Positions 1-12,168 of a stretch of DNA of 64,000 nucleotides are shown here, one piece after another. A model generated the notes under the pieces. It ran no database searches and was not told where the DNA came from. It saw only the letters and a list, made by a program, of their open reading frames with translations. Position 1 is the stretch's first letter; each line of letters opens with the position of its first letter. The position numbers were made by a program, and so were the translations under genes. The DNA comes from Malacoraja senta (lineage: Eukaryota), in assembly GCA_038087875.1 (NCBI GenBank), contig CM075994.1:5396001-5460000 (forward strand), in the 5' to 3' direction.

Positions 1-2315
1 TGTAGAAGTTAGAGAGAGTCCTCCTTGACAAACCGACTCTCCGTAATCTTCTCAGGAAGTAGAGGCGCTGATGAGCTTTCTTGATAATTGCATTAGTGTT
101 CTCGGACCAGGAAAGATCTTCAGAAATGTGCACCCCCAGGAATTTGAAGCTCTTGACCCTTTCAACCATCGACCCGTTGATATAAACGGAACTGTGGGTC
201 CCCATCCTTCCAAAGTCCACAATCAGTTCCTTGTTTTTTCTGGTGTTGAGGGCCAGGTTGTTGTGCTGGCACCATATGGACAGTTGCTGGATCTCTCTTC
301 TATACTCTGACTCATCCCCATCAGTGATACGTCCCACCACAGTGGTGTCGCCAGCGAACTTGATGATGGAGTTCGCACTGTGACGGGCTACGCAGTCATG
401 AATATAGGGTGCGTACAGCAGGGGGCTTAGCACGCAGCCTTGAGGTGCTCCCGTGTTGATTGTTATCGAGGCTGACAGATTTCCACCAATACGAACAGAC
501 TGTGGTATGTGAATGAGGAAGTTGAGGATCCAATTGCAGAGGGATGCGCAGAGACACAGTTCTGCGAGTTTGGTAAGCAGCTTGGAGGGGATGATTGTGT
601 TAAATGCCGAGCTGTAATCGATGAATAACAGCCTGACAGATGAGTTGTTGTTGTCCAAGTTGTGCAGGGCGGAGTGGAGGGCCAGCGAGATCGCATCCAC
701 CGTTGATCTGGTGTGGCGGTGACCGAACTGCAGTGGGTCCATGTTTTTGTCGGAGTAAGAGTTGATTTGCTCCATGATCAACCTCTCAAAGCATTTCATC
801 ATCACGGGCGTTAGTGCCACACGTCGATAGTCATTGGGGCACGTCACCTTCCTCTTCTTGGGCACTGGTATAATTGATGCGCTTTTAAAGCAGGTGGGGA
901 CCTCAGCACTCAGAAGTGTGAGGTTGAAAATGTCCGTAACGACTCCAGCTAGTTGGTCTGCACAAGTTTTTAGAACACGACCGGGTATACCATCAGGTGC
1001 AGGCGCTTTTCGAGGGTTCACCACTCTGAAGGATTTCCTGACGTCGGCCTCTGTGACTGAGACCGAAATACCATCACAGCGAATGGGGGCTCGGGAAGGC
1101 ACATCAGTGTTCTCCCTATCAAAGCGTGCGTAAAACGCATTGAGCTTATCAGGGAGTGATGTTTCGCCGACATTCGAGCTGCCTCCAGGTTTCGCCTTGT
1201 AGGTGGTGATTGCATTCAGGCCCAGCCACAGGTTCCGAACATCAGTATCAACCTCCAGTTTGGAGCAGAAGTCCATTTTGGCCTTTTTGATGGCCTTACC
1301 AAGGTCGTATCTGGACTTCATGTAGGGCACTGTATCATCAGACTTGAATGCCCGGTGTCTGGACTTCAGAAGAGTGCGGATCTCAAAGTTCATCCAAGGT
1401 TTCTGATTGGGAAACGCTCGGAAGATTTTGTTGTGGAGGCAGTCCTCCACACACTACTTAATGAAGTCTGTAACGACTGTAGCGTATTCGTTCAGGTCCG
1501 TTGCCGAGTCCTTGAACATTGCCCAGTCTACAGACTCCAAACAGTCCTGGAGTAGTTCCTCTGCCCCCCCCCCCCTGACCAGCTCTGTACTGTCCTCACC
1601 TCTGGGGTGCGCTCTTTAATTGCTGCTTGTAGGCAGGAAGAAGCAGCACCGCGGTATGGTCGGATTTGCCGAAGTGAGGGCGAGGGATAGAGCGATAGGC
1701 ATTCTTGATGGTGGTGTAGCAGTGGTCCAGGGTGTTTGGTCCTCTGGTGCAGCAGGAGACATGTTGGCGGAAGTTAGGGCGTGATTTCTTTAGATTTGCT
1801 TTATTGAAGTCTCCGGCTATGGTGGTGAACGCCTCGGGGTAATAAGTCTGGTGTCTGTTGACCACGGCGTGCAGCTCCTCCAGTGCCAGACGGACGTCTG
1901 CCTGGGGTGGGATGTAGACCGCAGTTAGGATGATGTAGGCGAATTCCCGTGGGAGGTAGAAGGGACGACACTTCACTGCCAGATGTTCGAGGTGTGGAGA
2001 GCAGGATTTGGAAAGGACTGCCACGTCTGAGCAGCACGCAGAGTTGACCATGAGGCAGACGCTCCCTACTCTCCCTTTCCCAGTTGCCAGTGTACGGTCC
2101 ATACGGTGGTTGGAGAAACCTTCAGGCTGGACCGCTGAGTCTGGGGAGCTTGGGGTGAGCCATGTCTCTGTAAAACAGAACACAGAGCATTCCCTCGGCT
2201 CCCTTTCATAAAGCAGCCTTGCCCTTACGTCCTCCACTTTATTTTCAAGGGATTGTACGTTGGCCAGTAGGATAGTAGGGAGACAGGGTCGAAGTTCCCC
2301 TGCGCTTCAGTCTGC
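1..2315 (-). mobile_element. Rex1/Babar-type LINE (APE endonuclease + RT), frameshifted, continues beyond window start
   Basis: ORF 1596-2237 has APE motifs (CFTETWL, AVYIPP, AGDFN, TLDHCY, SDH); RT remnants toward position 1 encode GAPQGCVL and FADDTTVV. Confidence 0.9.
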
Positions 2316-2339
2316 GAGTGTGAAACTTGTGAGTGTGAA

Positions 2340-4062
2340 ACCTTTAAGTATGTCTCTTACCGGACCAAACCCACCTACCTCGGGGTTTGCCGATGGCAAA
2401 TGTTTCCCCTACTTTCAGTGGGAATACTGTAACCTCCACGCATCCCAGGAGCAGTGCGCCAATAACGCGTGTATGGGAAAGATCGACTTGTTCCTTCTCC
2501 AGCCCCAGACATCCGTCGGTAGCGATACTGCCTTCGAATTCATCTCCTAAGCACCGGTGGTTTCATCATTCCCACGGTTTTTGCTTCTTCATTCAGGTCC
2601 TTTACCATTTTGGCTAGATTCTCTCCAAAAAGCAGATAAGGCATTTGAATATTAGATGGTTTACAGAGCCCCGCAAACGTAGGGTGAATATTAGGTCTTA
2701 TGGCACTTTTACGAATACTGTTTATTTCAAAGTGCGCACTACACATGAGTGCTAAGGCATCCTGTTGTGAAGCAGACACATGGTCCTCATTCAAACCTCT
2801 GGCGAAAGCCGTAAGGCCTGACCCCAGCAATTCAACACTCGTTGTAATTTCAATTCTTGTGTTCGTACTCCAATACACAAATAGCCCCATATCACGTTAT
2901 TCACCGCTGGGACTGCTAGCAGTGCACAATTCTGCGGGGTTTCATAATTTTTGACAGTCTCATCCATGGTTAATTCCTGGAGCTGATGGGAGAGCAAATA
3001 ATTTATAGTCATTGCTAATTCATCTCCAAAAGGTTCCCCTGTTAATCTGGGAACAGCAAACTTTTGTGCCAGTCCTGGTATTTTAGGCTCTGTTATTGGG
3101 CTCTGGTCCTCATATGATTCATCACCTGAATCTTGATGTTCCTCCTCATGATGGGGGAGTTCTGGCATCCCTGTTCAGGTGATTCTAGCACTGGCTCTTC
3201 CATAGGCCTAAGCATAGTAAATTCTTTACCAGATTCTCCCCGCGCGGGCTCTCCTGTAGGCCCACGCATAGGCAGCCCTATTTCAGGTGCTGCTGGCGCT
3301 GGCTACCCTGTAGGCCAACGCTTATACTGTCTTCCATCAGACATTGTTGGCGCTGGCACTCATTTAGACCTACGCTTATACTGCCTTTTTTCAGGCATTT
3401 CTGGCACTGGCTCACCTGTAGGCCAACACATATACTGTCTTTTTTCAGACATTTCTGGCGGTGGCTCTCCTGTAGGCCAACGCTGTGCCTGACCCATCCA
3501 AGGCACACCCTGCGCTGTCTCTCCCATAGGCCAACGCGGACTGTATTCCTCCTGATGTGGTTCTTGATATATCATAATCCCCATGAGGAATTCTAGACTA
3601 TCGAGCAGCCATAACTTCTGACTGAGGAAGATTAACCTCCGGGGCTGATTCCTCAGAGTCTACTGGTCGCACGCACTTTTGTACGGCCTTGCGCCTCAAT
3701 GGCACTGTAACGGTACTTTCTACCGCATCTGGAGTGATGGCCTTGCTGCCACCGACTGCTCTAACGGACGCCCGCTACCCTCAGACCCGCGGTCTTCTTG
3801 AGGTTTACCTGCGGTACGTCTTCTCCAACTACACCCTCTCTCCATACTAACTTATGTGGAACTCCACTACAAGTCTATCGAGAAAGGCGACCTGAAAGCG
3901 AAAGTGAAAGCACTTACCTTCAGGCTTTTACTTATTCACCGCTTGGAGGAGCTTTGCTCCTCCACACATTGTCGTTGCGCTATGCGTCTGATGATATGGA
4001 CGCGTGTGCGGCTGGACGGGCTCTTCTTCACGTAGTGACTCACGTGACTCCGAAGTAAAATT
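2340..4062 (-). mobile_element. DIRS-like tyrosine-recombinase retrotransposon, 5' part (terminal repeat + broken gag)
   Basis: ORFs 2791-3168 and 2540-2890 resemble DIRS gag (AVPAVNNVIW, DALALM, LLFGENL); terminus reads ATTTTACTTCGGAGTCACGTGAGTCACTACGTG on the minus strand. Confidence 0.7.
3301..3483. repeat. 54-bp tandem repeat, about 3.4 units, inside the DIRS gag region
   Basis: Units begin at 3301, 3355, 3409 and 3463; minus strand reads WPTGEPxPEMxEKRQY. Confidence 0.9.
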
Positions 4063-4319
4063 TCATTGTCATATCTGGGACACATGACAATAAAACGCTC
4101 TTGATTATTGACTTGGACTTAAGCAAAAAAGGGTGCTTGGGGAAAAGAGGTACCTTACATTTAGTTCCGTCTGGTTGGGTAACTATGGTAGGGTGAAGAA
4201 TATTCCATGCTTTAATTGTGCGGGGGAACTCGATGGAGCAGCCAGCAACTCAGGATAGAAGAAATTGGGTGACGTTTCAGGTAGAGACCCTTCTTTAGAC
4301 TCCCTCTGGTGTTTGTGTC

Positions 4320-4420
4320 TTTAGTTTAATTTAGAGATACTGCGTGGAAACAGGCCCTTCAGCCCACCGAGTCCACGCCGACCACTGATCACCCGTACAC
4401 TAGTTCGTTCCCACACATTA
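4320..4420 (-). mobile_element. 3' fragment of tRNA-derived SINE (HE1/V-SINE-like)
   Basis: tttagttt tail plus ggaaacaggcccttc...cccaccgagtcc shared with the other SINE copies. Confidence 0.65.
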
Positions 4421-4989
4421 GCGGAGTAAGTCAAGAATTATTCTCTCACGTCCCAATTAGAACAATGAAATCCTTACTTGCAGCAGCAAACAGGATATGT
4501 AAACATAGTACTCTGTAAACAATGTTATAAACGAGAAAACACAACGGTGTAGATTTATTTATGAATATATATCTATATAAATATATGTGTGTGTGGGTGT
4601 GTGTGTATAATACATATACCACCATACACACACACACACAATTTCCCTCCTGGGATTAATAAAGTTCTATCGTATAGTATCGTGTGTGTAGGAAGGAACT
4701 GCAGATGCTGGCTTAAACTAAAGTTGGATACAAAAAGCTGGAGTAACTCAACAGGTTAGACAGAATCTCTGGACAAAAGGAAAATATTACGTTTTGGGTT
4801 GTGTCTGAAATAGGTTCCTGCATACCTTTGGAATGTGGAAGAAAACAAGAGCACCCGGACAAAACTCATGCGATCAAAGGGAAAAGGAGCAAACTCCATA
4901 TACAGACAGCACACATATTCAGGATCAATTCCTAGTCTCTAGCACTTTTAGGCAACAACTTTATGGCCAATGTACAGCCCATAGTCTTG

Positions 4990-5590
4990 AACTTAATTAA
5001 AACGACAAGTGTAGCATTTCCAGCGGTTGCAAGGGAAAGTGCCAGGAGAGGGGGTGGTTTGGTTGGGAAGGGACGAATTGACCAGGAAGTTACGGAGGGA
5101 GCGGTCTCTGCGGAAAGCCAACATGGGAGGAGTTGGGAAGATGTGGCCAGTGGTGGGATCCCATCGGTAGACAAAAAAGCTGGAGAAGTCAGCGGGTAAG
5201 GCAGAATCTGTGGAGCGAAAGAATAGACGACGTTTCGGGTCGAGACCCTTCTTCAGCTTGATGTCGGGGGGGGGTGACATGAAAAAGACTGTTGGAGAAC
5301 TGGGAATGGGAGGGGAAGGAGGGAGAAAGCAAGGACTACCTGAAATTAGTGAAGCCAATGTGCATACCGCTGGGGTGTAAACTATCTAAGCAAATATGAG
5401 GTGCTGCTCTTCCAATATGTGGTGGGCCCCACTCTGGTCATGGAGGAGGCCCAGGACAGAAAGGTCGGATTCGGAATGGGAAGGGGAGTTGAAGTGTTGA
5501 GCCACCGGGAGATCAGGTTGGTTATTTCGAACTGAGTGGAGGTGTTGTGCGAAGCGATCGCCAAGCCTGCGTTTGGTCTCACCGAGGTTG
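4990..5590 (-). mobile_element. Penelope-like element fragment (GIY-YIG end, 3' UTR, pLTR-like tail)
   Basis: GETKRRLGDRFAQHL, VAQHFNS and CNRWKCYTC motifs; hammerhead motif at 5222-5260. Confidence 0.9.
5222..5260 (-). ncRNA. minimal hammerhead ribozyme motif (Penelope-type)
   Basis: CUGAAGA-A-GGGUC-UC-GACCC-GAAA-CGUCGUC: intact core with short stem II. Confidence 0.7.
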
Positions 5591-5957
5591 ATCATACGCT
5601 GAATAATCCAACCACAATTTTGCTTGGACGTGGAAACAAATAATAGAAATTGCATTCATTGCAACGTGTAAAAAGAGTTGAGATACTGTGTTATAATTTT
5701 GCTGCATGTCATTGTGGTATATATCATGTCTTGATTGGTGAATATGTTTAGTTTGTAGCTTTATTTGAAGCAGAAATAATATGTGAGTGCTTCAATGTGC
5801 ATAATTCCGACTGGTAACTACGAACTTCGTCCGAGCACATTATCGCACGCGCCATGCAAGCCGTCTTAAATGACCACCTAACCTGTCATTTGGCAACTTA
5901 AAAAGCTGCCAAGGTTGCCCTGCTGACAACAGAGAAAGAAATTAAGTGAGAGCCCTG
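5590..5957. mobile_element. possible DNA transposon end fragment (hAT-like terminus)
   Basis: Ends in ...gagagccctg (CAGGG terminus on minus) with ggcaac/gttgcc subterminal motifs. Confidence 0.3.
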
Positions 5958-5974
5958 TAAGGAATATAATTCAG

Positions 5975-6440
5975 TCAGTATTCAGTATCCAGTATTCAGT
6001 ATTTCTTTAATATCATTTCACTGATTACTCGCATACACAGAGGAAACGAAAAAACGTTGCTCAATCGGTTTCCATTCTGTGTAAAAAACAAAATGATAAT
6101 ACATAGAGCTTTAAAAACAAATTAAAATTGCCATTCTTAAAAAGAAAGTAGGCCTAAAAATTAACAACATTATAAAAACAGTCATTCTGATCGACAGTGG
6201 CTTCACAGTGGCTTTACTTGACAGGTGCCTAACTGTCAAAGTATGGGCGCGGTTGGATGTGTGGATGAGCGATGTTTTGGAAGGGGACAAAGTCCGTTAA
6301 TCAGTCTTATTGCCTGTGGGAAGAAGCTGAGGAGCATCCTGCTGGTTTTGCAGCTGATGCTCCTGTACCTCTTCCCAGATGGCAGAATGGAAAATATGTG
6401 ATGTGATGGGTGGTAGGGGTCCTGGATGATGGAGATGGCA
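5975..6440 (-). mobile_element. 3' fragment of a Rex1/L2-like LINE
   Basis: Minus strand encodes RYRSISCKTSRMLLSFFPQAIRL-type C-terminus followed by a (tcagtat)n tail. Confidence 0.6.
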
Positions 6441-7158
6441 AATGTTGTTTACACTGTCATAGGCCTTTCTTACATATGCTGTCACAACGCACTGTAGTCT
6501 CTAAACAACCCTTCAGTAATTTTCCTTGTCCTCCATTTCAGATTAATAGTGTTTTAAGCCAATAAATCGACACTTGCACTGGCAATAAATAAATAAATAA
6601 ATACAGCGCAGCTTTCCAGCCCCTTATCTCATTGGCCACGCTCGGCTGCAAATCGGTGTCAATCTGGTGGACCTACTTCCTCTAGTCGTGGTGGTGGGGT
6701 ATTGGGGGGGTGTGGTGAGCTCACAAGTGGAACAGCTTAGGCCTCTCTTCATCTAAATCTGGCCCAGCCTCTCCCGCTGAGTTTCTACAGATTTGTATGT
6801 CTATCTTCGGTTTAAACAAGCATCTGCAGTTCCTTCCTATATACTGTATATAAATGTTGCATTGTTCTTTAAATAATTCTGTGCATATGTGAGTACTCAG
6901 ATGAAGAAGACATTCTTCCTCTTCTTGCATATGGCGAGCACAGGCTAACAAAACACTACATCCATTTCTTTGTGCACGTCGGATTGATTGCATTAGAAGG
7001 AACAGGGTGGATCGCGTGAAGGATGCAAACTCCCACCCCAATGATGGCATTGTAAAAACGCTTTGAATTTGATTTCCTGTATAATAACTTGTTTCCCCGA
7101 ACATTCAGTTATCAACCTGCATACAGCAGAGCCATTCGTCTTACCGTTACACCTCTTC

Positions 7159-7510
7159 GTTTAGTTTAGTTTAGTTTACTTTAGTTTAGTTTAGTTTAGT
7201 TTAGTTTAGTTTAGTTTAGTTTAGTTTAGTTTAGTATAGTTTAGATTAGCTTAGAGACACATCACGGAAAAAGTGCCTTAGGCCAACCGGTTCCGCACCT
7301 ATCAGTGTTCCCCGCATATTAACACTATCTTACGCACACTGTGGACATTTTTTACATTTACAAAGTCAATAGACCAACATACCTATACGTCTTTGGAATG
7401 TGGGAGGCAACCGAATATCTCTGAGAAAGCCGACGCGCTCACGGGAAGAACGTACAGACACCGTACAGACAGCACCAGTATTTGTGATCGAACTCGGGTC
7501 TCCGCCGCTG
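7159..7510 (-). mobile_element. SINE with expanded (TTTAG)n tail (7159-7250)
   Basis: SINE body (acgggaagaacgtac...acagacagcacc) similar to the 31375-31685 copy. Confidence 0.75.
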
Positions 7511-7679
7511 CATTTGTTAATAATGGCTGAATTAAAGAGGTCACAAAATGGAGGATATCTGTATTTGCAGGGCCTGCTTGGCCTCTTTCTATGAAAGTTG
7601 CAAGCTGGGAGTCACGGCCCAAAGAGTCTGCACCCTAGATGGAAGTTGAGGATAAGGTTATTTCCAGTTGTCCTTCCTT

Positions 7680-10620
7680 TGTTAATATGTATGAGGGTTT
7701 TTGTAGAAGAGCTGAGCAGGTCTGCAAATGCATCGTTAGGATTGGGTATAGAGGGGGGGTGTAAAAGGTATTGTTAATTATGTTGCAAATTGTTTGTGCT
7801 GCTCTTGAATGATTGATTACAATGTGAAGTCTTGTTCAAATTGTTTATACAACCGTGCAAATGTTTCTTTACTTTAGTTAGCTATCTTCCTTCTAGAAGC
7901 TTCTGTGGAAACATTGTAATGGAGAACTTTGTAATTGGTTTAGTGTCATTAACTGTATAATATGATCCATATGTATGATTGGCTTGTAGTGGCTGCCATC
8001 CCCATATTGTTTCACGCCACGGATCCGATGCCCTATAAAAGAGTGAACCACAGATAGATCGGAGTCGGACTTCTCATGGTGCACTAGGGATCGTGAAATC
8101 TGCTGGAGGTGTTTGTTCGCAGGAGGCTGAAGGGCTTGGACGAGTAGAGGCAAGGATCGTACCCGCGGTGGTTAGGTATTGTATAGGGAGTTCATTTGTG
8201 TTTTGGAAGTATGAACAATAGTTGATCCAATGCTTGACACAGTGTTTTACTGAACTAGTCTAGGAAGGTAAGATTAGGAGCATAATTACATTGGCTCATC
8301 GTCCGGGAGTTCCACAGACACCTGGAAATAATTTTATGATCGGGTTGTTGAGTAGTTTCAGATTGCGTAGGGGCGAAATCGGCGCCACAGTGCTGTTTTA
8401 CACGGGTTTTCCTCAATTCGCTGATCGGGCCGAATCAATAATTCGCGCGCTTGCGTTAGGGTCTCAATGAGATCTAAAGAACAGAGTCTAGCAAATACTG
8501 AGTTTAGAGGAAAGGGAGTCCTTGCCTTAGGGTGTGGTAGTAGTTCGGCTCACAAGGCTTTTCTCTAGTGGGTTAGAGACCCCGCACCTAGTTAGTCACC
8601 AGCTTTTGCAGGCAGGTACCATTGAGTTGGCCAGGCACCAACAGGGTTGTTGAGTGGTTCCAATCCCTGTTCAGACTGGTATATCCGAATTGGCTGGGTA
8701 TCTTAATTGACAGGGTTGTCGGGTTCAGTACTAAGATGTGAAGTACTGCGTCGTGGCGGATGGTGCGATTCGAAAGGCACTTTAAAGTTCGGCACCGAAT
8801 TCAAGCGTGAAGCGGACATGCGTTGAAGCCCAGTACCAAACAGGTTGAAAGGAAGAAGCTCGCGGGTGATCCAATGACGGTTTCATTCACCGCCTGTGTA
8901 AGTAGTACATAGAACTTTGGAGAGAGAGAGGTTCCGTAAATGTACTGGGAACTCAGTGGTTGGAGTATAATTGACTGAAAATACACGTGAACGACACTGA
9001 GAATTTCAATTAAAGGCACGTCGATTCTATACTTGAATTTCTGTGGAAGGAAGCTAAAATGCGTTTGAATAACAGAGTAAGAGAGGAAGAGTAAAGAGCT
9101 ATTTTTTTCGATCCAAATATATAAAATTCCGTGCTTCTTATTGAAGGACTGGCTAGTTCTATTCCAGACTCCCATTGTATATTGTAAAGTGTAGATATCG
9201 TGTGCGGACGTGGCGCCGCGGACGAGAGACCGAAGGAAACAAGTTGAAGCCAAAGAACCGAATGCCGAATGGAAACGAGGCCGAAACGCCAATAAACGCC
9301 AAGAGTACGAAGACGAAACGCCTACTAACCGAAAGGATGGGGCGCCTAAATGCAAACTAACCGAATGGGCGGGACGTCTAAAAGCCAAAGAACTGAAAAG
9401 CTGCGTCGCCTAAAAGCAAATTTACCGAATGGCCGCCCTGTCGGAACGCCACCGACCCGAAAGGCAGCGTCACATACAAGGCAACGGAACGACTGCCGTT
9501 CAACAGAAAAGTCCAATAACGGACATGACGTTAGCGGGAGCGGGATTTCTCAGCGAATGGTCCAGACCCTCGCGTTCATCACATCACCGTGAAAGGATGA
9601 TCATTGTCCTACACCGCCGCCCACCCCGACCTGCAGCCCCCGGCGGGTGGCCGTGGGAGAGTAGGGGCTGTCCCGAAGGATTCTCACCATCAGCCGCTTT
9701 CAACTTGGTGCTTGGGTTCAGATTCCCCAGTCACCTATGGCTTGTGTGTGGAAAGGAACCCCGCGATCCCGTCTCTTCTATCTCGCTCCACCCTCTCCCT
9801 CCCTTCTCTCTCTCTCTCTCTCTCCACAATTCCCTCTTTTCTGTTCGTAAGCTAAAGGTCGCTGATTAGTACCTGTTAGTGGAAGGGTCAATTGAGGTAG
9901 CGTAAGAGCATTGTTAGTGAAGAGTAAATCGATGGGAACTGTACCACTTAGTCTAAGCATTTAGTGCGAGGAAAGAGTACCTGACAGAAGAAGAATAGCT
10001 TGATAGGAAGAGTACCATGAAGAGTACTTTGATGGGAAAGTCTTCTGGGAGGGGTTCCGTTGGTTGAAAACAGCACGCAAAGGATTAAAAATAAGTGTGA
10101 TGTGTTTGTGGGACTGTGCAGTTAACGAACGCGATATTAGACGAATGAATGTATTTTACATTGGAGTGTGTTTTTGCATGATAGTAATAAGTGATATGAT
10201 TTATTTTCTAAGTACGATTTTGCTTGCATGTTTTGAGCTCATTTTCTGTGTTTAGATTAGAGTGTTTTGAGTGGGAGAATTATTGCTGAAGAGTGTGTTT
10301 AATTGTCTGCTGAAGCACCATAATATTTTGTCGACCAAGGATTGTACTTGAAATTGTTTACTGGTTGAAAGTAGCGTGAGTTGTGAATTGTCTGAAACTG
10401 CAAAGGAATTTGTGTACATAATTGAAAGGATTGATTGTGTGGTTGTGCTGTGAGAAGTGCGAGACGGCCAACGCGCTGCGGTACTTTTGGACATTGTTTG
10501 GGAGCCAGTTTGATAAGTCTTGAGATTGCGAATGAAGTGTGAATTGTTGGCAGATTGTGTGAATTGCCGAGAGTTTGTGTCCATTGTTGGTAAAGGTAGG
10601 AAATCAGATCGAGCGACATA
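7680..10620 (+). mobile_element. ERV remnant: 5' LTR (about 7680-8290), PBS-like site and long leader, no coding region
   Basis: TGTTA...TTACA ends; TATAAAA near 8034; TGGCTCATCGTCCGGGAG after the LTR; 9862-10050 matches the leader of the 38386-45080 ERV (tgattagtacctg, tctaagcattta.tg.gaggaaa.agtacctgac). Confidence 0.6.
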
Positions 10621-10639
10621 TGGTAGAGGATCAATATAG

Positions 10640-11100
10640 TCCGTTCCAATCCAGGTACAGGATACTGAGTTGGATGATCAGCCATAATCATATTGAATGG
10701 CGGTGCAGGCTCGAAGGGCCGAATAGCCTACTCCTGCACTTATTTTCTATGTTTCTATGTTTCTATGAATAGAATGGATGTGGAAGGGATGTTTCCAAAG
10801 GTGGGAGTGTCTAGAACTAGAGGTCACTGCCTTAGAATTAAATGGCGTTCTTAAAAAGGGGGCGAGTAGAAACGTATTTAATCAAATGGTGGTTAATCCG
10901 TGGAACCCATGGCCACTTGGCTGCGGAGGACAAGTCAGTGGATATATTTTAAAGCAGAGATAGACAAGTTCATGAATAAAACGGGTGTCAATGGTTATGC
11001 GGAAAATGCAGGGAAATGGGATTCGCTGGCAGAGATATGCCATGATTCAATAGCGGAGTAGAGTCAATGGGCCGAATGGCATAATTCATCTCCTATAACT
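10640..11100 (+). mobile_element. two CR1-type LINE 3' fragments
   Basis: gaagggccgaatagcctactcctgcac...(ctatgttt)n tail, then a decayed CR1 3' ORF/UTR. Confidence 0.75.
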
Positions 11101-11118
11101 TGCAAATTGTAATTGCAT

Positions 11119-12168
11119 GCTTCATCATCAGAGCGACATATGACGTTTCCATCACCAAAGAACCTCCATCAGTGGTACGGTGAGGATCCAACCTGTGCCA
11201 TCTGCCCAACTCCAGCGACCCTCAAACACATCATGGTAGGCTGCAAGACCAGCCTCACGCAAGGGAGATACACGTGGCGGCATAATCAGGAACTAAAAAG
11301 CCTGGCATCAGCCCTTGAGAACAGGCGGTGTGCGACCAACTCCTTGTCTCCGAGAGCAAGCAACCCCCCTCCCCTAAGGGTAATAACCTTTGTCCGAGGA
11401 ACAGAAAACTTCTAAACTTCCTTCCACCAGATCAGAAGAAGGAAGCCAATGCAGGGCCCGTGACTGGAGGATGCTGGCGGACATCGGCCGACAACTAATT
11501 TTTCCACCTGAAATTGCTTCCACCACCCTCAGGCCAGACTTGATGTTCTGGTCCCCTTCACAGAAGACTGCTTACATCATAGAGCTCACAGTTCCATGGG
11601 AGAACTCTGTAGAGGAGGCCTATGAGCGTAAGAAGCTGCGCTACGCAGAGCTTGCAGCAGAGGCAACGCAGCGTGGCTGGAACACCAAAGTCTATCCAGT
11701 TGAAGTGGGATGCAGAGGATTTGTTGCGTCATCTACCATCAGAATGCTGAAGGAGCTTGGAATCCACGGTCAGCCTCTGCGGAAGACCATAAGATCACTC
11801 TCAGAGGCGGCTGAAAGAAGCAGCCGGTGGATTTGGCTCAAGCTGAAAGACCCATGCTGGGCCCCAAGTATGTCGGGGTGAATCTTTGGGACGGTTGGAC
11901 ACGGGACATGCGCCGAGGGTTGATCATCCTGCAGCGGGCCGCCCTTCTGGAGGGTGTATAGTGTTAAAAGGCCGAAACACCCAGTGATGCAAGGGTACAC
12001 TACTGATGATGTGTCCTGTGCCCAACTGTCCTGAAGGTTCCCCCCCCACCCCCCCCCCCCCCCCGATGTTGAGCGTCTACCACTCTCAACAATCAACGAA
12101 TGTCGTGAAATGCTCCCCACCTATTGGCACAAGGACTTCTTAACATCATGTCCTGTGTATTTGATTCT
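11119..12168 (+). mobile_element. 5'-truncated Hero-clade non-LTR element (CCHC + restriction-like endonuclease + 3' UTR)
   Basis: CAICPTPATLKHIMVGC, WRHN, LRPDL, IIELTVPWE, PVEVGCRGF. Confidence 0.9.

Noticed and set aside
3301..3483. CRISPR-like array
   Set aside because: Contiguous tandem units without unique spacers, in a eukaryotic retroelement
7159..7250. Telomere-like repeat
   Set aside because: The unit is TTTAG, not TTAGGG, and it forms a SINE tail
8801..9388. 195-aa minus-strand ORF
   Set aside because: Spans a repeat island and ERV leader, with no domain motifs
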